A stretch of 32,000 nucleotides of DNA, from the NCBI GenBank assembly GCA_947566075.1, contig CANOIM010000006.1:91930-123929 (forward strand), written 5' to 3'. Below, one piece after another: positions 14,766 through 23,064 of this stretch. Under the pieces are notes generated by a model, which was given only the letters and a program-made list of their open reading frames with translations, ran no database searches and was not told the origin of the DNA. Position 1 is the first letter of the stretch. Every line of letters begins with the position of its first letter. This stretch comes from an uncultured Eggerthellaceae bacterium. GTDB taxonomy: Bacteria > Actinomycetota > Coriobacteriia > Coriobacteriales > Eggerthellaceae. A program made the position numbers and the translations under genes.

Positions 14766-15005
14766 CTACATCAGATCGTTGATGTCGAATTCCACACCGT
14801 CACGCTCACACTGGAGCTGCTTGCGCAAGCGCATGCACACGCTTGCGATGCCTCCCTCAGGCTTGAGGTAGTTGCTCTTGAAGCCGCAGTTGCCATAGCC
14901 GCTGCAGGAACGGCATTTTATCTGATCCAGGGAGAACCCATCCAGCACCTCATCAGTGAGGATACGCAGGCTCTTCGCCACTGGTCTCTTCGGTGCATCG
15001 CTCAA
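14766..15005 (-). CDS. Small Cys-rich hypothetical protein (79 aa)
   Basis: TTG start preceded by a strong SD, AAGGAGG (5-nt spacer). Contains C31-x2-C34-x5-C40 plus C57 and C66. Co-oriented 76 nt downstream of citrate synthase. I do not recognise the family. Confidence 0.5.
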   Translation of the reverse strand: MSDAPKRPVAKSLRILTDEVLDGFSLDQIKCRSCSGYGNCGFKSNYLKPEGGIASVCMRLRKQLQCERDGVEFDINDLM

Positions 15006-15080
15006 CAGGTCCTCCTTAGGGTCATCCGCGTTCGCGCCCCGTCTTCCCCATCTTACCCTGCGCCCAGGCCCCTTCGCAAG

Positions 15081-16541
15081 CTAGCGCTCATCCATCGGCA
15101 CATAGCGTGCGGTGCCGGTCTTGGTGTTCTTGTAGGCTGGACGGATGATGCGCTTGCCTGAGACGATCTCTTCGAAGCGATGGGCCGCCCAACCCGCCAT
15201 GCGAGCGCAGGCGAACAGCGGCGTATAGAGGTCTTCCGGGATGCCCATCATGGAATAGACGAAGCCCGAATACATATCCACATTGGCGCAGAGCGTCTTG
15301 GAGACGCCGCGTTCCTCGGCCACGATCTGGGGAGCGATGCGCTCGATGGTCTGAAGCAGCTGGAATTCAGGTTCGAATTCGGTGTCGGAAGCCAGCTGGC
15401 TGGCGAAGCGCTTGCAGACCACCGCCCGCGGATCCGAGAGCGTGTACACCGCATGGCCCATGCCATAGACCAGGCCCGTCTTGTCATAGGCCTCTTTGCG
15501 CACTACGCGCCTGAGGTAATCCCCCACCGCCCCCTCGTCAGACCATTGGCTGACGGGCACGTTCTCCTTGAGGTCATTCTGCATGGCCCGCACCTTATGG
15601 TTGGCGCCGCCATGACGGTAGCCCTTGAGCGCCCCGATGGCCGCCGCATAGGCCGAATAGGCATCCGTATCTGCAGAGCTCAGGACGCGCATGGTGAAGG
15701 TGGAGTTGTTGCCGCCGCCATGCTCTGCATGCAAGCAGAGCATCACATCCAGCATGGCCGCCTCTTCGGGGGTATAGCCCCTATCAGGGCGCAGCATGGA
15801 CAGGATGGTCTCGGCAGTGGTCTCGCCCTCTTGGAAACGGTGCATGATCATGGATTCATGGAAGAACCGCGCCCGCTTGCTGTAATAGGACAGCACCATG
15901 ATACGCGGCAGACGGCTGATGAGGGAAAGGGCCGTATGGATCTCATGCTTCGGCGTGCGCTCTTCGGCGTGGTCATCATAGGCATAGAGCTGCAGAACGC
16001 TGCGGGAGAGCACGTTCATGATAGAGGGAGCCGCCTCGCGCATGAGCATGGAGGCGGTGAACCCATCGGGTAGTTCCCGATGCGCATCTATGACGGAGAC
16101 GAAGCGTGCTAGGTCATCAACGGTGGGCAGCTGGCCCATCAGAAGCAGATAGGTCAGCTCCTCGAAGCGATACCGGCGGCTGACGGAGGTATCCCCCAGG
16201 AGGTCATAGAGGTCATAGCCACGCAAGCGAAGAGAACCCTCATCGGGCACCTTGACGCCGTCTTCCATGCGGTAGCCATGGACGTTGGAGATGTTCGTGA
16301 TGCCCGCCAGCACCCCTGAGCCATCCGCGTTGCGCAGGCCGCGCTTGACATCATGGTCCTTGTAGAGCTGGGCAGGTATCTCATTGACATTGGCGAAGGT
16401 CTCATACAGGTCAACCTTCCCCACCTCATCTTCGCTGATGCGGACGGTCTCTGCCGTACCAACCTTAAGCGCGCCTTCATCAGTGCGGATCAGGTCTGTG
16501 GCTATCTCTTGGGGCATGGGAGCTCCTTGCTCTTCGTTCAA
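15081..16541 (-). CDS. gltA: Citrate synthase (citrate/2-methylcitrate synthase family)
   Basis: 486 aa. Family signatures include LHAEHGGGNNSTF, GALKGYRHGGANHKV, YGMGHAVY and ARMAGWAAH. Confidence 0.9.
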   Translation of the reverse strand: MNEEQGAPMPQEIATDLIRTDEGALKVGTAETVRISEDEVGKVDLYETFANVNEIPAQLYKDHDVKRGLRNADGSGVLAGITNISNVHGYRMEDGVKVPDEGSLRLRGYDLYDLLGDTSVSRRYRFEELTYLLLMGQLPTVDDLARFVSVIDAHRELPDGFTASMLMREAAPSIMNVLSRSVLQLYAYDDHAEERTPKHEIHTALSLISRLPRIMVLSYYSKRARFFHESMIMHRFQEGETTAETILSMLRPDRGYTPEEAAMLDVMLCLHAEHGGGNNSTFTMRVLSSADTDAYSAYAAAIGALKGYRHGGANHKVRAMQNDLKENVPVSQWSDEGAVGDYLRRVVRKEAYDKTGLVYGMGHAVYTLSDPRAVVCKRFASQLASDTEFEPEFQLLQTIERIAPQIVAEERGVSKTLCANVDMYSGFVYSMMGIPEDLYTPLFACARMAGWAAHRFEEIVSGKRIIRPAYKNTKTGTARYVPMDER

Positions 16542-16606
16542 GTGGGATATTCTACCGCGAATGGGTCCTGCTCAGCACCGATTTCCCGCTGTTCTTGAAA
16601 AACAGG

Positions 16607-16635
16607 TTGACACGCTCCGGCAGCTTTGCGAGAAT
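16607..16635 (+). promoter_or_regulatory. Predicted promoter for tRNA-Arg (TTGACA-17-GAGAAT)
   Basis: TTGACA 16607-16612, a 17-nt spacer, GAGAAT 16630-16635. The tRNA starts 21 nt downstream. Confidence 0.45.
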
Positions 16636-16656
16636 GCATATCGCTGATTTGGACGT

Positions 16657-16733
16657 GCGCCATTACCTCAGCTGGATAGAGGAGCTGACTACGAATCAGA
16701 CCGTCGGGGGTTCGAATCCCTCATGGCGCACCA
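16657..16733 (+). tRNA. tRNA-Arg (ACG)
   Basis: 77 nt. Acceptor GCGCCAT/ATGGCGC, anticodon loop CTACGAA, GGTTCGAATCC T-loop, encoded CCA. Resembles E. coli argQ-type tRNA. A34 is the TadA substrate. Confidence 0.92.
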
Positions 16734-16769
16734 CTACGCCCGAGCAATAGCATTGCTCGGGCGTAGTGG
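16731..16769. terminator. 18-bp perfect stem / 3-nt loop hairpin beginning at the CCA end of tRNA-Arg
   Basis: CCACTACGCCCGAGCAAT-agc-ATTGCTCGGGCGTAGTGG. No U-tract follows, so it is a terminator or a processing hairpin. Confidence 0.5.
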
Positions 16770-16916
16770 TCTAAGGCGGCATCACTGCAACCCCATGAAA
16801 GGAACGTACTTGAAGGTTCGAAAACCGAAACCTCACAGTATGTGACATCTGACCTTGCTTGTAGCTTGTCTTTAGGCACGGTCAGATGGCCACCGTGACA
16901 TTAAGGACAGCTGCTC

Positions 16917-18278
16917 ATGCTCTATCTCTCCGAAATGCTGGGCAAGCCCGTCGTGGACGCGTCCGGCGAGAAGATCGGTACGATCTCTGACCTGGCCATA
17001 TCCACAGGCGAGGTCTTCCCGCGTATAACGAGCCTCGCGTTCAAGGGCCCCGGACGCGTACCCTTCATGATCTCTTGGCGCAAATACGTTGACGCCTTCG
17101 ATGATGATGGCATCACCCTGGCGGTGGATGCGCCGGACATCCGCTTCAGCTATCTTCAGCCTGATGAGGTGCTCTTAGCCCGAGACCTGATGAACCGGCA
17201 GATCGTGGACACCCAGGGCCTGAAGGTGGTCCGGGTGAATGACCTGAAGCTCTCCCAATCAGGCACCCAGCTTCGCCTCTTAGGGGCCGAAACGGGCATC
17301 CGCGGCATCCTGCGCGGCTTGCACCCCCTGATCGAACGAGCGGCGGTGAAAGCTGCAAAGCTCTTCAAGCGTGATATGGATGAGCAGATCATCGCCTGGA
17401 ACTACATGGACCTCCTGGACCGAGACCTCTCAGAAGTGCAGCTCTCCGTCACCCACAAGCGCCTAGATGAGCTGCATCCTGCAGACGTGGCAGACATCCT
17501 AGAGCAGCTTGACCCGAAGCAGCGGGCCAGCGTCTTCGAGCACCTTGACGAGGCCCAGGCCTCAGAAGCGGTCTCGGAGATGATGGATGAGGTACAGGCG
17601 GAATTCCTGGATGACTTGGATGATGCCACCGCCGCTCAGCTCATCGGCAACATGGACCCTGATGACGCAGCCGATATCGTCCGTGACCTTCCCTATGAGA
17701 AGGCCGAGACGCTGTTGCACCTCATGGGCGTGGAAGATGCTGCTGAGGTCATCCGCCTTCTGGGCTACAAGGATGGCACTGCGGGCGGGATGATGACCAC
17801 CCAGTACGTCTCCGTGCCGAAGAGCTCTACCGTCCGCGAGACCATCGAGGTGCTTCGCGGGCTGGATGAAGACCATCCCACGGTGCATTACGTCTACGCC
17901 ACTGATAGCCAAGGCCGATTGGCAGGCGTGTTGTCCATGCGCACCCTCGTCCTCAGCGCCGATGACACCTGCATCGGTGACATCATGTACGATGACGTCA
18001 TCTCCGTGACCCCGGATGTGGAAGAAGATGACGTGGTAGCAGACATCTTCAAGTATGACATCCCTGCTATGCCTGTGGTGGATGAGCACGGGCATATCCT
18101 GGGGATCGTCACCACCGAAGACGCCTGGGATGCCCTCGAAGAGGATGCGGCCAGCGAAAAGCGGCAGATGAGCGTCCTCAAGGTCATCGGCATCACCCTT
18201 GGATGCGTGCTGATCCTCTTCGTCTACACCGTCTTCCTCATGCAGATCCTCCGTCAGACCGGCATCCCCGCCTTCTAG
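16917..18278 (+). CDS. PRC-barrel + MgtE N-domain + CBS-pair protein with a single C-terminal TM helix (MgtE cytosolic sensor without the channel domain)
   Basis: 453 aa.
- The N-terminus (MLGKPVVDASGEKIGTISDL) is PRC-barrel-like.
- LHPADVADILEQLDPKQRASVFEHL...MDPDDAADIVRDLP is a typical MgtE_N domain.
- AGGMMTTQYVSVPKSSTV...PAMPVVDEHGHILGIVTTED is a CBS pair.
- The protein ends after one hydrophobic helix (VLKVIGITLGCVLILFVYTVFLMQIL). Confidence 0.8.
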   Translation: MLYLSEMLGKPVVDASGEKIGTISDLAISTGEVFPRITSLAFKGPGRVPFMISWRKYVDAFDDDGITLAVDAPDIRFSYLQPDEVLLARDLMNRQIVDTQGLKVVRVNDLKLSQSGTQLRLLGAETGIRGILRGLHPLIERAAVKAAKLFKRDMDEQIIAWNYMDLLDRDLSEVQLSVTHKRLDELHPADVADILEQLDPKQRASVFEHLDEAQASEAVSEMMDEVQAEFLDDLDDATAAQLIGNMDPDDAADIVRDLPYEKAETLLHLMGVEDAAEVIRLLGYKDGTAGGMMTTQYVSVPKSSTVRETIEVLRGLDEDHPTVHYVYATDSQGRLAGVLSMRTLVLSADDTCIGDIMYDDVISVTPDVEEDDVVADIFKYDIPAMPVVDEHGHILGIVTTEDAWDALEEDAASEKRQMSVLKVIGITLGCVLILFVYTVFLMQILRQTGIPAF

Positions 18279-18285
18279 GTGAGCC

Positions 18286-19548
18286 ATGCAAGCCCCTGCC
18301 ACTGAGACTGCCCCCAAGGCCCCCCGTCCTAAGGCGCTCTTGGTGCTGGCTGCCATGGGCCCGGGCATCATCACCGCCATGGCCGGGAATGATGCTGGTG
18401 GCATATCCACCTATTCCACCGCAGGGGCCAACTTCGGGTTCGCCACCCTCTGGGTCATTCCTCTCATGTGCATCATGCTGACCCTGGTAGAGCTCACAGC
18501 GGCGAAGATGGGAGCCGTCACCGGCAAGGGCTTCGCCGCCCTCATCCGTGAGCGCTTCGGCATCCGCCTGACCGCCCTGGCCATGGCAGCCCTCCTGATC
18601 GGCAACATCGCCACCGTCTTCTCGGAATTCGCAGGGATAGCCTCCGGCATGGAGATGTTCGGGGTGTCCCGCTACCTTTCCGTGCCTGTTGCAGCTGTGG
18701 TGGTGTGGGTGCTCATCGTGGGCGGTTCCTACAAGCGAGTGCAGAACGTCTTCATGGCCCTTTCCCTGGTGTTCCTCACCTATGTGGTGGCTGCATTCAT
18801 GGCTGAACCCAACTGGGAAGAGGCCGCCATCGCCACGTTCGTGCCCAGCTTGGAGGGCAGTTCGGCCTATATCGCGGTGGTCATAGCCATGATCGGGACC
18901 ACCATCGCTCCTTGGATGATGTTCTTCAATCAGTCGAACGTGGTAGAGAAGGGCATGGAGCCCTCAGAGCTGCCCCTGCAGAAGGTAGATGTCGTATCGG
19001 GCACCATAGCAGCTTGTCTAGTGGCCTGGTTCATCATCGTGACCACAGGGTCTGTGCTCTTCCCCCAGGGCATCCAGATCAACAGCGCAGCCGATGCAGC
19101 AGCTGCTCTTGAACCCTTCGCAGGCCACTACGCCAAGGCTCTCTTCGCCCTGGGGCTCATCTCGGCATCCTTTCTGGCTGCCTGCGTGCTGCCTTTGACC
19201 ACCGCTTTCGTCATCTGCGAGGCCTTCGGTTGGGAAGCGGGCGTGTCATTCAAATGGAATGAGGCGCCGCTGTTCAAGGGCATCATCACGGCAGTCATCC
19301 TGCTGGGAGCCGTAGTGGTGCTGATCCCGAACCTGGACCTGTTGGCCATGATGCTCACCTCTCAGTTCGTGAACGGGGTCATCCTGCCCATCCTGCTAGC
19401 GTTCATGGCCCTCATAGCATCGAACGCTCGGATCATGGGTGCCTACCGCTTGGGCAAGGTGGGACAAGCCTTGATGTGGGCATTGGTGGGCGTGGTGACC
19501 ATCCTCACCCTAGGGTTATTCGGCATGCAGCTTCTGGGGATAGCCTGA
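18286..19548 (+). CDS. NRAMP/SLC11-family transporter with NRMT-type (Mg2+-transporter-like) metal-site substitutions
   Basis: 420 aa, about 11 TM. TM1 GPGIITAMAGNDAGGIS has DAGG in place of DPGN. TM6 IGTTIAPWMMF has T..A-P-W in place of A..M-P-H. Starts 7 nt after the upstream stop. Confidence 0.8.
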   Translation: MQAPATETAPKAPRPKALLVLAAMGPGIITAMAGNDAGGISTYSTAGANFGFATLWVIPLMCIMLTLVELTAAKMGAVTGKGFAALIRERFGIRLTALAMAALLIGNIATVFSEFAGIASGMEMFGVSRYLSVPVAAVVVWVLIVGGSYKRVQNVFMALSLVFLTYVVAAFMAEPNWEEAAIATFVPSLEGSSAYIAVVIAMIGTTIAPWMMFFNQSNVVEKGMEPSELPLQKVDVVSGTIAACLVAWFIIVTTGSVLFPQGIQINSAADAAAALEPFAGHYAKALFALGLISASFLAACVLPLTTAFVICEAFGWEAGVSFKWNEAPLFKGIITAVILLGAVVVLIPNLDLLAMMLTSQFVNGVILPILLAFMALIASNARIMGAYRLGKVGQALMWALVGVVTILTLGLFGMQLLGIA

Positions 19549-19567
19549 ACCCCAAGAGTACCTGAGG

Positions 19568-20266
19568 TCAGGAGATGAAGAGCTTCCATTCTATGGAAGC
19601 CGCTGGAGATATTGATTCGATGTGCGAGATATCTGGCACCGCAGCAACGAAGGGGATGTTAGCCGCTGCGATGGCAGGGAACGGATGGGGTGCGAAGGGG
19701 ATCTTCATGGTGCTGTCAGGCAGAGGGATGCTCCTGCCTATCTCTGAGAGCACGTCATGGAAGAGGTCATCAGCACTTGCCTTCTCTTCAAGGCGACGGC
19801 TTTCCTGGGCCAAGCGATCAGCTAGGTACCGGTCTATGTTCTCTTGATCCTTCGCGCATTTCACCAGCATATCTATGGTGATGCTGTCCAAATAGGCGTC
19901 ATAGCTTTCGAAAGCCAGCTCCAAGGTCTTGTGGATGCCCTCTACGATGGGCGGATCATCAGAATTGGAGGTATCTACCACATCATCTGCAGGAGCCATG
20001 CTCTTGGTCTTCGCCCCATCACCGATAGCGTTGATGATCTCAAGGAAGGTGATCCGAGAGGCATCTTTCGCCAGCAAGTAACCGCCGGTCTTGCCTGCTT
20101 TGGCATCAACGATACGGGCATTGCGCAAGAGCTGGAAGAGCTGGATCAGATAATCCCGAGGAACAGCGATCTCCTCAGAGATCTTCTTAGAGGAAACGGT
20201 GCCCCCCTCCATGGCAAGATAGATGACAGCCCGAAGCGCGTAATCCACTGATGCTTTCAACTGCAT
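19568..20266 (-). CDS. Rrf2-family transcriptional regulator with an about 90-aa C-terminal extension
   Basis: N-terminus MQLKASVDYALRAVIYLAMEGGTVSSKKISEEIAVPRDYLIQLFQLLRNARIVDAKAGKTGGYLL is a canonical Rrf2 wHTH. The ATG at 20266 has GGAGG 5 nt upstream; the track start at 20278 is a TTG. The three-Cys Fe-S ligand cluster is absent. Confidence 0.8.
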   Translation of the reverse strand: MQLKASVDYALRAVIYLAMEGGTVSSKKISEEIAVPRDYLIQLFQLLRNARIVDAKAGKTGGYLLAKDASRITFLEIINAIGDGAKTKSMAPADDVVDTSNSDDPPIVEGIHKTLELAFESYDAYLDSITIDMLVKCAKDQENIDRYLADRLAQESRRLEEKASADDLFHDVLSEIGRSIPLPDSTMKIPFAPHPFPAIAAANIPFVAAVPDISHIESISPAASIEWKLFIS

Positions 20267-20487
20267 GACTGCCTCCAAACAGCGCTTAGGGAACCACCCA
20301 CTATCTATCCTGCGAAGCTATCTCCACATCGCTAATATATCTACCCAGCGATCAAAGTGGGACCCTCTTTGGGATAACCGTTGCCGAGCCGTCAAAAAAC
20401 AGCCTTTGACCTGCAGTTATATATGATTTCCGGTGTTATAGATGATGCTAAGGATGAGCTTTAGAAAGCTTGAGGGGTTGAGATGAG

Positions 20488-20519
20488 AAGAGGGCCACCG
20501 CCGAAGCCGTGGCCCTCTT
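20488..20519 (-). terminator. Hairpin downstream of nhaC
   Basis: AAGAGGGCCAC-N10-GTGGCCCTCTT (11-bp stem), 24 nt beyond the nhaC stop. Poor U-tract. Confidence 0.4.
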
Positions 20520-20542
20520 GATGACAGCTATCAACCTTGGGT

Positions 20543-22273
20543 TCATTCAGCTGTGGCTTGGGCACCCTTCCCTTGAGCAGCCTTCTTCAAAGAGAGCTTA
20601 TGCAGAACGAAGGTGGCTATGATCACCAGCACGATGCCCAGGCCCAGAGATATCCAGGGAGACTTCGTGAAGCCCGCCACCACATAGCCCACGAAGCAGC
20701 AGACCATGACCGTGGTGGCATAGGGGATCTGAGTGGCTACGTGACGCAGATGGTTGCACTTCGCACCCGCAGAAGACAGGATGGTGGTGTCAGAGATGGG
20801 CGAGATATGGTCACCATAGACAGCACCTGCCAGGGTTGCCCCCACTGCTACCAGGAAGAGCGGGTCAGATGCATCGAAGACGCCGATGACGATAGGCAGG
20901 ATGAGCGCAACGGTACCCCAGGACGTACCCATGGCGAAGCCGATGAATGCAGCCACCACGAAGATGACCGCGGGCAGGAAATCAAGCCCCACGCCCAGGT
21001 TATTCAAGAAGCCGGATACGAATTCGCCCGTGCCCAGAAGATAGCGGCACACACCGCCCAAACTCCAAGCCAGCACCAAGATCATGATGGCTCCCACCAT
21101 GGAACGCACGCCTTCGCTCATGGCATCCATGAAACCGCCCAGGGTGCAGAGCTTGCGCGGCAGGAACTGGACAGCTGCCCACACGAGCGCCACGCAAGCG
21201 CCGATGCACAGGCCCATGACCGGGTTCTCTCCCACAGCCGTGGCGAAATCGACCCCTTCGAAGAAGCCGCCGCAGTAGAGCATCCCCAGGATAGAGAAGA
21301 CGATGAGCACGATGATGGGCATAACCAGATCCAGCACCTTGCCCTTGTCTGAGATATCCAGGCCCTTGTACTCTTCGATGGCCCCCACCGCTGCTTCGTC
21401 GATGTCAGCCCGTTCGGTGACCTTCGGGGGAAGGTCAACGTCCAGGGCCGCCTTCAGGCTTGCCTTCTCGGAGACATTGCCGCCCCCGTTCGCATCCAAG
21501 AGCGCTTGAGCCCGAGCAGCCTCCTCTTCCAGCGCCTCTTCGACCAGAGCATCCTCAGCGGGCACCTTGTTATGCTCAGCAGCCAGCTGGGCAGCCTCCA
21601 TGGTGCCGAAATCCCAGTTGGTGATGAGCATGAAGAACACGAAGAAGATGGTGAGCAGCGCATAGAAGTTATAGGGGATGGAGGCCACGAAGGTGGCGAA
21701 CCCGTCTTCGCCCAGGTATCCGCCCACCGCCACGGCCCAGGAGGAGACCGGCGCGATGATGCAGACCGGGGCCGCCGTAGAGTCTATGATCCAGGCCAGC
21801 TTCTCATGGCTGATATGGAAGCGGTCTGTGACCGGACGCATGACGGCACCCATGGTCAGGCAGTTGAAGTAGTCATCCACAAAGATGATGATCCCCAAGA
21901 TAGCCGTGAGGATCTGAGCCATCTTCGCGTTCTTGATGTGCTGAGACACCCATTCGGCATAGGCACGGGAGCCGCCGGACACGGCGATGACCACCGTGAG
22001 CGCCCCCAAGAGCGCAAGGAATAGGAGCAATGACCCGTTCCCTGCTATCTGTTCCGCCATCATCTGCGGCACCATGGTGAACGAGGCGATGAGCTGCTCA
22101 CCACCGACACCGTTCAACGTGAACTGGTAGATGATCATGCCCACGAACACGCCCACGGTCAGCGAGGAGTACACCTCCTTCGTGATCAGCGCCAGCGCCA
22201 AGGCCAGCAGGGGCGGCACGATGGACCATGCGCCGCTTGAGATGAGCTCGAAGCCTTCCATTTCGCCTTTCAA
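20543..22273 (-). CDS. nhaC: Na+/H+ antiporter NhaC-family protein
   Basis: 576 aa and polytopic. The N-terminus (GAWSIVPPLLALALALITKEV) is typical of the NhaC family. An acidic insert of about 80 aa (residues about 235-315) is present. The track start is a TTG; the ATG at 22261 (MEGFELI...) is equally plausible. Confidence 0.8.
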   Translation of the reverse strand: MKGEMEGFELISSGAWSIVPPLLALALALITKEVYSSLTVGVFVGMIIYQFTLNGVGGEQLIASFTMVPQMMAEQIAGNGSLLLFLALLGALTVVIAVSGGSRAYAEWVSQHIKNAKMAQILTAILGIIIFVDDYFNCLTMGAVMRPVTDRFHISHEKLAWIIDSTAAPVCIIAPVSSWAVAVGGYLGEDGFATFVASIPYNFYALLTIFFVFFMLITNWDFGTMEAAQLAAEHNKVPAEDALVEEALEEEAARAQALLDANGGGNVSEKASLKAALDVDLPPKVTERADIDEAAVGAIEEYKGLDISDKGKVLDLVMPIIVLIVFSILGMLYCGGFFEGVDFATAVGENPVMGLCIGACVALVWAAVQFLPRKLCTLGGFMDAMSEGVRSMVGAIMILVLAWSLGGVCRYLLGTGEFVSGFLNNLGVGLDFLPAVIFVVAAFIGFAMGTSWGTVALILPIVIGVFDASDPLFLVAVGATLAGAVYGDHISPISDTTILSSAGAKCNHLRHVATQIPYATTVMVCCFVGYVVAGFTKSPWISLGLGIVLVIIATFVLHKLSLKKAAQGKGAQATAE

Positions 22274-22390
22274 CTCCCCTCGTCATCTGCAGATCCAGGT
22301 ATAGATGGGAATACTTTAGTCCAACGGGGCGAAGGCAACCGCGGGATACGGGGAATATTAGGCGGCTGAACACCGGATGAGCTGAAGGGC

Positions 22391-23047
22391 TCAGGCTGGG
22401 GCGCCTACCTGTTGACGTTGGGCAAGAGGCGCCAGCACGTTCGCGCAACCTGCCGCGAGGACGATCTTGATCAGATCCGGGATGATGAAGGGCAGAACGC
22501 ACGCAGCCAAGGCGGCCTCAAGGGTTACATCTGTCATCACCATGAACCACGCCACGCCGAACCCATAGGAGATGAGCGTGAAGAGGATACCGGAGACCAC
22601 GTACATGCCTGAAGAGGCCAAGGTCTGCTTGACCCGGACGAGAGCAGAGCCACCCTTCGCCAGCGGGTCCTTCTGCGGGGCATCCTTCACCCATCCGGCC
22701 CTGCGAGCCAAGAAGAGCACCGCGCAGGCCACAGGCACTGCCACTAGATAACCGAACAGGAAGCCTCCCGTGGGACCGAGCAACGCCCCCAGACCACCTC
22801 GCATCCCTGAGAACACAGGCACGCCCAACGCGCCCAAGAGCACATACCCATATACCGAAGCGGTGGCCACCGAGGGGCGGAGCACGCAGATAGCCAGGGG
22901 TATGGCGAACATCTGGAGGGTAACGGGGATGGGTCCGATAGGTACGGTGACCCAAGCGCTCACAGCGATCAGCGCTATGAAGAGCCCGATGAATACGACG
23001 TCTTTGGTACGAGAGCGTGATGCCCTCATCTTGCGGGAACCTGCCAT
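22391..23047 (-). CDS. bioY: Biotin transporter BioY (ECF S-component)
   Basis: 218 aa, 6 TM. WVTVPIGPIPVTLQMFAIPLA is the BioY signature region. Adjacent to birA. Confidence 0.85.
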   Translation of the reverse strand: MAGSRKMRASRSRTKDVVFIGLFIALIAVSAWVTVPIGPIPVTLQMFAIPLAICVLRPSVATASVYGYVLLGALGVPVFSGMRGGLGALLGPTGGFLFGYLVAVPVACAVLFLARRAGWVKDAPQKDPLAKGGSALVRVKQTLASSGMYVVSGILFTLISYGFGVAWFMVMTDVTLEAALAACVLPFIIPDLIKIVLAAGCANVLAPLAQRQQVGAPA

Positions 23048-23064
23048 CTTCTCACCTTCTTCTT

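Noticed and set aside
15180-16073. 297-aa plus-strand ORF antisense to citrate synthase. Similar long antisense ORFs: 25205-26104 (+) opposite ftsH, 20537-21352 (+) opposite nhaC, 17562-18410 (-) opposite the MgtE-sensor/NRMT genes, and 11644-12453 and 10252-10935 (-) opposite the acyltransferase.
   Set aside because: These are shadow ORFs typical of GC-rich DNA. Their translations are low-complexity (R/G/H/D/A-rich) with no recognisable motifs, and each lies fully inside a strongly supported gene on the other strand.
16770-16916. Possible M-box (Mg2+) or yybP-ykoY (Mn2+) riboswitch in the leader of the MgtE-sensor/NRMT operon
   Set aside because: The leader is short. I could not find the conserved cores of either riboswitch class, only two overlapping 6-bp stems (CTGACC/GGTCAG and CACGGT/ACCGTG). 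A cmscan against Rfam RF00380 and RF00080 would settle it.
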